A stretch of DNA of 64,000 bases from Lingula anatina (taxonomy: Eukaryota > Animalia > Brachiopoda), in contig CM120640.1 of assembly GCA_051362555.1 (NCBI GenBank), forward strand, positions 38,149,967 through 38,213,966, given 5' to 3'. Below the pieces are notes generated by a model that saw only the letters and a program-made list of their open reading frames with translations, was not told the DNA's origin and ran no database searches. Made by a program: the position numbers and the translations under genes. Positions 49,001 to 61,000 of this stretch are shown piece by piece (positions within the stretch are counted from its first letter, which is position 1; every line of letters begins with the position of its first letter).

Positions 49001-52000
49001 CACTTTTTGGAAAAATCTGAGACGGGTCGATTTTTGGTGATTTTGAGTGATTTTGATCAGTGCCGGCACTGTGAGATTTCTTCAATTTTGGCCAGGTAGG
49101 GATGAAAAATTTTTTTCTTCGTTATAGTGTCAGGTAGGTGTGTTCGGTCATTTGTAGTAAGAATAAAGTGTTGGAAGAGTGGTGGTGTCATCATTAAGGA
49201 AGAAATAGAGCAAAAACTGTGTCTCCCCCCCCCCTCTCAGATTCTGTTCTCAGAGCTCATTTTTGGATCATCTTTAAAGCTAGAATTGGGGGCCTTGATG
49301 AAGTGACCCGGGCGCGTTTCCACATTTTTTATGAATGACAGGTGTGGTAGATTGATTTTCGTCACTTTTTGGAAAAATCTGAGACGGGTCGATTTTTGGT
49401 GATTTTGAGTGATTTTGATCAGTGCCGGCACTGTGAGATTTCTTCAATTTTGGCCAGGTAGGGATGAAAAATTTTTTTCTTCGTTATAGTGTCAGGTAGG
49501 TGTGTTCGGTCATTTGTAGTAAGAATAAAGTGCTGGAAGAGTGGTGGTGTCATCATTAAGGAAGAAATAGAGCAAAAACTGTGTCTCCCCCCCCCCCTCT
49601 CAGATTCTGTTCTCAGAGCTCATTTTTGGATCATCTTTAAAGCTAGAATTGGGGGCCTTGATGAAGTGACCCGGGCGCGTTTCCACATTTTTTATGAATG
49701 ACAGGTGTGGTAGATTGATTTTCGTCACTTTTTGGAAAAATCTGAGACGGGTCGATTTTTGGTGATTTTGAGTGATTTTGATCAGTGCCGGCACTGTGAG
49801 ATTTCTTCAATTTTGGCCAGGTAGGGATGAAAAATTTTTTTCTTCGTTATAGTGTCAGGTAGGTGTGTTCGGTCATTTGTAGTAAGAATAAAGTGCTGGA
49901 AGAGTGGTGGTGTCATCATTAAGGAAGAAATAGAGCAAAAACTGTGTCTCCCCCCCCCCTCTCAGATTCTGTTCTCAGAGCTCATTTTTGGATCATCTTT
50001 AAAGCTAGAATTGGGGTCCTTGATGAAGTGACCCGGGCGCGTTTCCACATTTTTTATGAATGACAGGTGTGGTAGATTGATTTTCGTCACTTTTTGGAAA
50101 AATCTGAGACGGGTCGATTTTTGGTGATTTTGAGTGATTTTGATCAGTGCCGGCACTGTGAGATTTCTTCAATTTTGGCCAGGTAGGGATGAAAAATTTT
50201 TTTCTTCGTTATAGTGTCAGGTAGGTGTGTTCGGTCATTTGTAGTAAGAATAAAGTGCTGGAAGAGTGGTGGTGTCATCATTAAGGAAGAAATAGAGCAA
50301 AAACTGTGTCTCCCCCCCCCCTCTCAGATTCTGTTGTCAGAGCTCATTTTTGGATCATCTTTAAAGCTAGAATTGGGGGCCTTGATGAAGTGACCCGGGC
50401 GCGTTTCCACATTTTTTATGAATGACAGGTGTGGTAGATTGATTTTCGTCACTTTTTGGAAAAATCTGAGACGGGTCGATTTTTGGTGATTTTGAGTGAT
50501 TTTGATCAGTGCCGGCACTGTGAGATTTCTTCAATTTTGGCCAGGTAGGGATGAAAAATTTTTTTCTTCGTTATAGTGTCAGGTAGGTGTGTTCGGTCAT
50601 TTGTAGTAAGAATAAAGTGCTGGAAGAGTGGTGGTGTCATCATTAAGGAAGAAATAGAGCAAAAACTGTGTCTCCCCCCCCCCTCTCAGATTCTGTTCTC
50701 AGAGCTCATTTTTGGATCATCTTTAAAGCTAGAATTGGGGGCCTTGATGAAGTGACCCGGGCGCGTTTCCACATTTTTTATGAATGACAGGTGTGGTAGA
50801 TTGATTTTCGTCACTTTTTGGAAAAATCTGAGACGGGTCGATTTTTGGTGATTTTGAGTGATTTTGATCAGTGCCGGCACTGTGAGATTTCTTCAATTTT
50901 GGCCAGGTAGGGATGAAAAATTTTTTTCTTCGTTATAGTGTCAGGTAGGTGTGTTCGGTCATTTGTAGTAAGAATAAAGTGCTGGAAGAGTGGTGGTGTC
51001 ATCATTAAGGAAGAAATAGAGCAAAAACTGTGTCTCCCCCCCCCCTCTCAGATTCTGTTCTAGAGCTCATTTTTGGATCATCTTTAAAGCTAGAATTGGG
51101 GGCCTTGATGAAGTGACCCGGGCGCGTTTCCACATTTTTTATGAATGACAGGTGTGGTAGATTGATTTTCGTCACTTTTTGGAAAAATCTGAGACGGGTC
51201 GATTTTTGGTGATTTTGAGTGATTTTGATCAGTGCCGGCACTGTGAGATTTCTTCAATTTTGGCCAGGTAGGGATGAAAAATTTTTTTCTTCGTTATAGT
51301 GTCAGGTAGGTGTGTTCGGTCATTTGTAGTAAGAATAAAGTGCTGGAAGAGTGGTGGTGTCATCATTAAGGAAGAAATAGAGCAAAAACTGTGTCTCCCC
51401 CCCCTCTCAGATTCTGTTCTCAGAGCTCATTTTTGGATCATCTTTAAAGCTAGAATTGGGGGCCTTGATGAAGTGACCCGGGCGCGTTTCCACATTTTTT
51501 ATGAATGACAGGTGTGGTAGATTGATTTTCGTCACTTTTTGGAAAAATCTGAGACGGGTCGATTTTTGGTGATTTTGAGTGATTTTGATCAGTGCCGGCA
51601 CTGTGAGATTTCTTCAATTTTGGCCAGGTAGGGATGAAAAATTTTTTTCTTCGTTATAGTGTCAGGTAGGTGTGTTCGGTCATTTGTAGTAAGAATAAAG
51701 TGCTGGAAGAGTGGTGGTGTCATCATTAAGGAAGAAATAGAGCAAAAACTGTGTCTCCCCCCCCCTCTCAGATTCTGTTCTCAGAGCTCATTTTTGGATC
51801 ATCTTTAAAGCTAGAATTGGGGGCCTTGATGAAGTGACCCGGGCGCGTTTCCACATTTTTTATGAATGACAGGTGTGGTAGATTGATTTTCGTCACTTTT
51901 TGGAAAAATCTGAGACGGGTCGATTTTTGGTGATTTTGAGTGATTTTGATCAGTGCCGGCACTGTGAGATTTCTTCAATTTTGGCCAGGTAGGGATGAAA

Positions 52001-55000
52001 AATTTTTTTCTTCGTTATAGTGTCAGGTAGGTGTGTTCGGTCATTTGTAGTAAGAATAAAGTGTTGGAAGAGTGGTGGTGTCATCATTAAGGAAGAAATA
52101 GAGCAAAAACTGTGTCTCCCCCCCCCCTCTCAGATTCTGTTCTCAGAGCTCATTTTTGGATCATCTTTAAAGCTAGAATTGGGGGCCTTGATGAAGTGAC
52201 CCGGGCGCGTTTCCACATTTTTTATGAATGACAGGTGTGGTAGATTGATTTTCGTCACTTTTTGGAAAAATCTGAGACGGGTCGATTTTTGGTGATTTTG
52301 AGTGATTTTGATCAGTGCCGGCACTGTGAGATTTCTTCAATTTTGGCCAGGTAGGGATGAAAAATTTTTTTCTTCGTTATAGTGTCAGGTAGGTGTGTTC
52401 GGTCATTTGTAGTAAGAATAAAGTGCTGGAAGAGTGGTGGTGTCATCATTAAGGAAGAAATAGAGCAAAAACTGTGTCTCCCCCCCCCCCCCCCTCTCAG
52501 ATTCTGTTCTCAGAGCTCATTTTTGGATCATCTTTAAAGCTAGAATTGGGGGCCTTGATGAAGTGACCTGGGCGCGTTTCCACATTTTTTATGAATGACA
52601 GGTGTGGTAGATTGATTTTCGTCACTTTTTGGAAAAATCTGAGACGGGTCGATTTTTGGTGATTTTGAGTGATTTTGATCAGTGCCGGCACTGTGAGATT
52701 TCTTCAATTTTGGCCAGGTAGGGATGAAAAATTTTTTTCTTCGTTATAGTGTCAGGTAGGTGTGTTCGGTCATTTGTAGTAAGAATAAAGTGCTGGAAGA
52801 GTGGTGGTGTCATCATTAAGGAAGAAATAGAGCAAAAACTGTGTCTCCCCCCCCCCCCCTCTCAGATTCTGTTCTCAGAGCTCATTTTTGGATCATCTTT
52901 AAAGCTAGAATTGGGGGCCTTGATGAAGTGACCCGGGCGCGTTTCCACATTTTTTATGAATGACAGGTGTGGTAGATTGATTTTCGTCACTTTTTGGAAA
53001 AATCAGAGACGGGTCGATTTTTGGTGATTTTGAGTGATTTTGATCAGTGCCGGCACTGTGAGATTTCTTCAATTTTGGCCAGGTAGGGATGAAAAATTTT
53101 TTTCTTCGTTATAGTGTCAGGTAGGTGTGTTCGGTCATTTGTAGTAAGAATAAAGTGCTGGAAGAGTGGTGGTGTCATCATTAAGGAAGAAATAGAGCAA
53201 AAACTGTGTCTCCCCCCCCCCCTCTCAGATTCTGTTCTCAGAGCTCATTTTTGGATCATCTTTAAAGCTAGAATTGGGGGCCTTGATGAAGTGACCCGGG
53301 CGCGTTTCCACATTTTTTATGAATGACAGGTGTGGTAGATTGATTTTCGTCACTTTTTGGAAAAATCTGAGACGGGTCGATTTTTGGTGATTTTGAGTGA
53401 TTTTGATCAGTGCCGGCACTGTGAGATTTCTTCAATTTTGGCCAGGTAGGGATGAAAAATTTTTTTCTTCGTTATAGTGTCAGGTAGGTGTGTTCGGTCA
53501 TTTGTAGTAAGAATAAAGTGCTGGAAGAGTGGTGGTGTCATCATTAAGGAAGAAATAGAGCAAAAACTGTGTCTCCCCCCCCCCCTCTCAGATTCTGTTC
53601 TCAGAGCTCATTTTTGGATCATCTTTAAAGCTAGAATTGGGGGCCTTGATGAAGTGACCCGGGCGCGTTTCCACATTTTTTATGAATGACAGGTGTGGTA
53701 GATTGATTTTCGTCACTTTTTGGAAAAATCTGAGACGGGTCGATTTTTGGTGATTTTGAGTGATTTTGATCAGTGCCGGCACTGTGAGATTTCTTCAATT
53801 TTGGCCAGGTAGGGATGAAAAATTTTTTTCTTCGTTATAGTGTCAGGTAGGTGTGTTCGGTCATTTGTAGTAAGAATAAAGTGCTGGAAGAGTGGTGGTG
53901 TCATCATTAAGGAAGAAATAGAGCAAAAACTGTGTCTCCCCCCCCCTCTCAGATTCTGTTCTCAGAGCTCATTTTTGGATCATCTTTAAAGCTAGAATTG
54001 GGGGCCTTGATGAAGTGACCCGGGCGCGTTTCCACATTTTTTATGAATGACAGGTGTGGTAGATTGATTTTCGTCACTTTTTGGAAAAATCTGAGACGGG
54101 TCGATTTTTGGTGATTTTGAGTGATTTTGATCAGTGCCGGCACTGTGAGATTTCTTCAATTTTGGCCAGGTAGGGATGAAAAATTTTTTTCTTCGTTATA
54201 GTGTCAGGTAGGTGTGTTCGGTCATTTGTAGTAAGAATAAAGTGCTGGAAGAGTGGTGGTGTCATCATTAAGGAAGAAATAGAGCAAAAACTGTGTCTCC
54301 CCCCCCCCTCTCAGATTCTGTTCTCAGAGCTCATTTTTGGATCATCTTTAAAGCTAGAATTGGGGGCCTTGATGAAGTGACCCGGGCGCGTTTCCACATT
54401 TTTTATGAATGACAGGTGTGGTAGATTGATTTTCGTCACTTTTTGGAAAAATCTGAGACGGGTCGATTTTTGGTGATTTTGAGTGATTTTGATCAGTGCC
54501 GGCACTGTGAGATTTCTTCAATTTTGGCCAGGTAGGGATGAAAAATTTTTTTCTTCGTTATAGTGTCAGGTAGGTGTGTTCGGTCATTTGTAGTAAGAAT
54601 AAAGTGTTGGAAGAGTGGTGGTGTCATCATTAAGGAAGAAATAGAGCAAAAACTGTGTCTCCCCCCCCCCCTCTCAGATTCTGTTCTCAGAGCTCATTTT
54701 TGGATCATCTTTAAAGCTAGAATTGGGGGCCTTGATGAAGTGACCCGGGCGCGTTTCCACATTTTTTATGAATGACAGGTGTGGTAGATTGATTTTCGTC
54801 ACTTTTTGGAAAAATCTGAGACGGGTCGATTTTTGGTGATTTTGAGTGATTTTGATCAGTGCCGGCACTGTGAGATTTCTTCAATTTTGGCCAGGTAGGG
54901 ATGAAAAATTTTTTTCTTCGTTATAGTGTCAGGTAGGTGTGTTCGGTCATTTGTAGTAAGAATAAAGTGCTGGAAGAGTGGTGGTGTCATCATTAAGGAA

Positions 55001-58000
55001 GAAATAGAGCAAAAACTGTGTCTCCCCCCCCCCCCCCTCTCAGATTCTGTTCTCAGAGCTCATTTTTGGATCATCTTTAAAGCTAGAATTGGGGGCCTTG
55101 ATGAAGTGACCTGGGCGCGTTTCCACATTTTTTATGAATGACAGGTGTGGTAGATTGATTTTCGTCACTTTTTGGAAAAATCTGAGACGGGTCGATTTTT
55201 GGTGATTTTGAGTGATTTTGATCAGTGCCGGCACTGTGAGATTTCTTCAATTTTGGCCAGGTAGGGATGAAAAATTTTTTTCTTCGTTATAGTGTCAGGT
55301 AGGTGTGTTCGGTCATTTGTAGTAAGAATAAAGTGCTGGAAGAGTGGTGGTGTCATCATTAAGGAAGAAATAGAGCAAAAACTGTGTCTCCCCCCCCCCC
55401 CCCTCTCAGATTCTGTTCTCAGAGCTCATTTTTGGATCATCTTTAAAGCTAGAATTGGGGGCCTTGATGAAGTGACCCGGGCGCGTTTCCACATTTTTTA
55501 TGAATGACAGGTGTGGTAGATTGATTTTCGTCACTTTTTGGAAAAATCAGAGACGGGTCGATTTTTGGTGATTTTGAGTGATTTTGATCAGTGCCGGCAC
55601 TGTGAGATTTCTTCAATTTTGGCCAGGTAGGGATGAAAAATTTTTTTCTTCGTTATAGTGTCAGGTAGGTGTGTTCGGTCATTTGTAGTAAGAATAAAGT
55701 GCTGGAAGAGTGGTGGTGTCATCATTAAGGAAGAAATAGAGCAAAAACTGTGTCTCCCCCCCCCCCCCCCCTCTCAGATTCTGTTCTCAGAGCTCATTTT
55801 TGGATCATCTTTAAAGCTAGAATTGGGGGCCTTGATGAAGTGACCCGGGCGCGTTTCCACATTTTTTATGAATGACAGGTGTGGTAGATTGATTTTCGTC
55901 ACTTTTTGGAAAAATCTGAGACGGGTCGATTTTTGGTGATTTTGAGTGATTTTGATCAGTGCCGGCACTGTGAGATTTCTTCAATTTTGGCCAGGTAGGG
56001 ATGAAAAATTTTTTTCTTCGTTATAGTGTCAGGTAGGTGTGTTCGGTCATTTGTAGTAAGAATAAAGTGCTGGAAGAGTGGTGGTGTCATCATTAAGGAA
56101 GAAATAGAGCAAAAACTGTGTCTCCCCCCCCCCCCCCCCTCTCAGATTCTGTTCTCAGAGCTCATTTTTGGATCATCTTTAAAGCTAGAATTGGGGGCCT
56201 TGATGAAGTGACCCGGGCGCGTTTCCACATTTTTTATGAATGACAGGTGTGGTAGATTGATTTTCGTCACTTTTTGGAAAAATCTGAGACGGGTCGATTT
56301 TTGGTGATTTTGAGTGATTTTGATCAGTGCCGGCACTGTGAGATTTCTTCAATTTTGGCCAGGTAGGGATGAAAAATTTTTTTCTTCGTTATAGTGTCAG
56401 GTAGGTGTGTTCGGTCATTTGTAGTAAGAATAAAGTGCTGGAAGAGTGGTGGTTTCATCATTAAGGAAGAAATAGAGCAAAAACTGTGTCTCCCCCCCCC
56501 CCTCTCAGATTCTGTTCTCAGAGCTCATTTTTGGATCATCTTTAAAGCTAGAATTGGGGGCCTTGATGAAGTGACCCGGGCGCGTTTCCACATTTTTTAT
56601 GAATGACAGGTGTGGTAGATTGATTTTCGTCACTTTTTGGAAAAATCTGAGACGGGTCGATTTTTGGTGATTTTGAGTGATTTTGATCAGTGCCGGCACT
56701 GTGAGATTTCTTCAATTTTGGCCAGGTAGGGATGAAAAATTTTTTTCTTCGTTATAGTGTCAGGTAGGTGTGTTCGGTCATTTGTAGTAAGAATAAAGTG
56801 CTGGAAGAGTGGTGGTGTCATCATTAAGGAAGAAATAGAGCAAAAACTGTGTCTCCCCCCCCCCTCATATTCTGTTCTCAGAGCTCATTTTTGGATCATC
56901 TTTAAAGCTAGAATTGGGGGCCTTGATGAAGTGACCCGGGCGCGTTTCCACATTTTTTATGAATGACAGGTGTGGTAGATTGATTTTCGTCACTTTTTGG
57001 AAAAATCTGAGACGGGTCGATTTTTGGTGATTTTGAGTGATTTTGATCAGTGCCGGCACTGTGAGATTTCTTCAATTTTGGCCAGGTAGGGATGAAAAAT
57101 TTTTTTCTTCGTTATAGTGTCAGGTAGGTGTGTTCGGTCATTTGTAGTAAGAATAAAGTGCTGGAAGAGTGGTGGTGTCATCATTAAGGAAGAAATAGAG
57201 CAAAAACTGTGTCTCCCCCCCCCCCTCTCAGATTCTGTTCTCAGAGCTCATTTTTGGATCATCTTTAAAGCTAGAATTGGGGTCCTTGATGAAGTGACCC
57301 GGGCGCGTTTCCACATTTTTTATGAATGACAGGTGTGGTAGATTGATTTTCGTCACTTTTTGGAAAAATCTGAGACGGGTCGATTTTTGGTGATTTTGAG
57401 TGATTTTGATCAGTGCCGGCACTGTGAGATTTCTTCAATTTTGGCCAGGTAGGGATGAAAAATTTTTTTCTTCGTTATAGTGTCAGGTAGGTGTGTTCGG
57501 TCATTTGTAGTAAGAATAAAGTGCTGGAAGAGTGGTGGTGTCATCATTAAGGAAGAAATAGAGCAAAAACTGTGTCTCCCCCCCCCCTCTCAGATTCTGT
57601 TCTCAGAGCTCATTTTTGGATCATCTTTAAAGCTAGAATTGGGGGCCTTGATGAAGTGACCCGGGCGCGTTTCCACATTTTTTATGAATGACACGTGTGG
57701 TAGATTGATTTTCGTCACTTTTTGGAAAAATCTGAGACGGGTCGATTTTTGGTGATTTTGAGTGATTTTGATCAGTGCCGGCACTGTGAGATTTCTTCAA
57801 TTTTGGCCAGGTAGGGATGAAAAATTTTTTTCTTCGTTATAGTGTCAGGTAGGTGTGTTCGGTCATTTGTAGTAAGAATAAAGTGCTGGAAGAGTGGTGG
57901 TGTCATCATTAAGGAAGAAATAGAGCAAAAACTGTGTCTCCCCCCCCCTCTCAGATTCTGTTCTCAGAGCTCATTTTTGGATCATCTTTAAAGCTAGAAT

Positions 58001-61000
58001 TGGGGGCCTTGATGAAGTGACCCGGGCGCGTTTCCACATTTTTTATGAATGACAGGTGTGGTAGATTGATTTTCGTCACTTTTTGGAAAAATCTGAGACG
58101 GGTCGATTTTTGGTGATTTTGAGTGATTTTGATCAGTGCCGGCACTGTGAGATTTCTTCAATTTTGGCCAGGTAGGGATGAAAAAATTTTTTCTTCGTTA
58201 TAGTGTCAGGTAGGTGTGTTCGGTCATTTGTAGTAAGAATAAAGTGCTGGAAGAGTGGTGGTGTCATCATTAAGGAAGAAATAGAGCAAAAACTGTGTCT
58301 CCCCCCCCCCTCTCAGATTCTGTTCTCAGAGCTCATTTTTGGATCATCTTTAAAGCTAGAATTGGGGGACTTGATGAAGTGACCCGGGCGCGTTTCCACA
58401 TTTTTTATGAATGACAGGTGTGGTAGATTGATTTTCGTCACTTTTTGGAAAAATCTGAGACGGGTCGATTTTTGGTGATTTTGAGTGATTTTGATCAGTG
58501 CCGGCACTGTGAGATTTCTTCAATTTTGGCCAGGTAGGGATGAAAAATTTTTTTCTTCGTTATAGTGTCAGGTAGGTGTGTTCGGTCATTTGTAGTAAGA
58601 ATAAAGTGCTGGAAGAGTGGTGGTGTCATCATTAAGGAAGAAATAGAGCAAAAACTGTGTCTCCCCCCCCCCCCCTCTCAGATTCTGTTCTCAGAGCTCA
58701 TTTTTGGATCATCTTTAAAGCTAGAATTGGGGGCCTTGATGAAGTGACCCGGGCGCGTTTCCGCATTTTTTATGAATGACAGGTGTGGTAGATTGATTTT
58801 CGTCACTTTTTGGAAAAATCTGAGACGGGTCGATTTTTGGTGATTTTGAGTGATTTTGATCAGTGCCGGCACTGTGAGATTTCTTCAATTTTGGCCAGGT
58901 AGGGATGAAAAATTTTTTTCTTCGTTATAGTGTCAGGTAGGTGTGTTCGGTCATTTGTAGTAAGAATAAAGTGCTGGAAGAGTGGTGGTGTCATCATTAA
59001 GGAAGAAATAGAGCAAAAACTGTGTCTCCCCCCCCCTCTCAGATTCTGTTCTCAGAGCTCATTTTTGGATCATCTTTAAAGCTAGAATTGGGGGCCTTGA
59101 TGAAGTGACCCGGGCGCGTTTCCACATTTTTTATGAATGACAGGTGTGGTAGATTGATTTTCGTCACTTTTTGGAAAAATCTGAGACGGGTCGATTTTTG
59201 GTGATTTTGAGTGATTTTGATCAGTGCCGGCACTGTGAGATTTCTTCAATTTTGGCCAGGTAGGGATGAAAAATTTTTTTCTTCGTTATAGTGTCAGGTA
59301 GGTGTGTTCGGTCATTTGTAGTAAGAATAAAGTGCTGGAAGAGTGGTGGTGTCATCATTAAGGAAGAAATAGAGCAAAAACTGTGTCTCCCCCCCCCTCT
59401 CAGATTCTGTTCTCAGAGCTCATTTTTGGATCATCTTTAAAGCTAGAATTGGGGGCCTTGATGAAGTGACCCGGGCGCGTTTCCACATTTTTTATGAATG
59501 ACAGGTGTGGTAGATTGATTTTCGTCACTTTTTGGAAAAATCTGAGACGGGTCGATTTTTGGTGATTTTGAGTGATTTTGATCAGTGCCGGCACTGTGAG
59601 ATTTCTTCAATTTTGGCCAGGTAGGGATGAAAATTTTTTTTCTTCGTTATAGTGTCAGGTAGGTGTGTTCGGTCATTTGTAGTAAGAATAAAGTGCTGGA
59701 AGAGTGGTGGTGTCATCATTAAGGAAGAAATAGAGCAAAAACTGTGTCTCCCCCCCCCCCTCTCAGATTCTGTTCTCAGAGCTCATTTTTGGATCATCTT
59801 TAAAGCTAGAATTGGGGGCCTTGATGAAGTGACCCTGGCGCGTTTCCACATTTTTTATGAATGACAGGTGTGGTAGATTGATTTTCATCACTTTTTGGAA
59901 AAATCTGAGACGGGTCGATTTTTGGTGATTTTGAGTGATTTTGATCAGTGCCGGCACTGTGAGATTTCTTCAATTTTGGCCAGGTAGGGATGAAAAATTT
60001 TTTTCTTCGTTATAGTGTCAGGTAGGTGTGTTCGGTCATTTGTAGTAAGAATAAAGTGCTGGAAGAGAGCAAAAACTGTGTCTCCCCCCCCCCTCTCAGA
60101 TTCTGTTCTCAGAGCTCATTTTTGGATCATCTTTAAAGCTAGAATTGGGGGCCTTGATGAAGTGACCCGGGCGCGTTTCCACATTTTTTATGAATGACAG
60201 GTGTGGTAGATTGATTTTCGTCACTTTTTGGAAAATCTGAGACGGGTCGATTTTTGGTGATTTTGAGTGATTTTGATCAGTGCCGGCACTGTGAGATTTC
60301 TTCAATTTTGGCCAGGTAGGGATGAAAAATTTTTTTCTTCGTTATAGTGTCAGGTAGGTGTGTTCGGTCATTTGTAGTAAGGATAAAGTGCTGGAAGAGT
60401 GGTGGTGTCATCATTAAGGAAGAAATAGAGCAAAAACTGTGTCTCCCCCCCCCCTCTCAGATTCTGTTCTCAGAGCTCATTTTTGGATCATCTTTAAAGC
60501 TAGAATTGGGGGCCTTGATGAAGTGACCCGGGCGCATTTCCACATTTTTTATGAATGACAGGTGTGGTAGATTGATTTTCGTCACTTTTTGGAAAAATCT
60601 GAGACGGGTCGATTTTTGGTGATTTTGAGTGATTTTGATCAGTGCCGGCACTGTGAGATTTCTTCAATTTTGGCCAGGTAGGGATGAAAAATTTTTTTCT
60701 TCGTTATAGTGTCAGGTAGGTGTGTTCGGTCATTTGTAGTAAGAATAAAGTGCTGGAAGAGTGGTGGTGTCATCATTAAGGAAGAAATAGAGCAAAAACT
60801 GTGACTCCCCCCCCCCCCCTCTCAGATTCTGTTCTCAGAGCTCATTTTTGGATCATCTTTAAAGCTAGAATTGGGGGCCTTGATGAAGTGACCCGGGCGC
60901 GTTTCCACATTTTTTATGAATGACAGGTGTGGTAGATTGATTTTCGTCACTTTTTGGAAAAATCTGAGACGGGTCGATTTTTGGTGATTTTGAGTGATTT

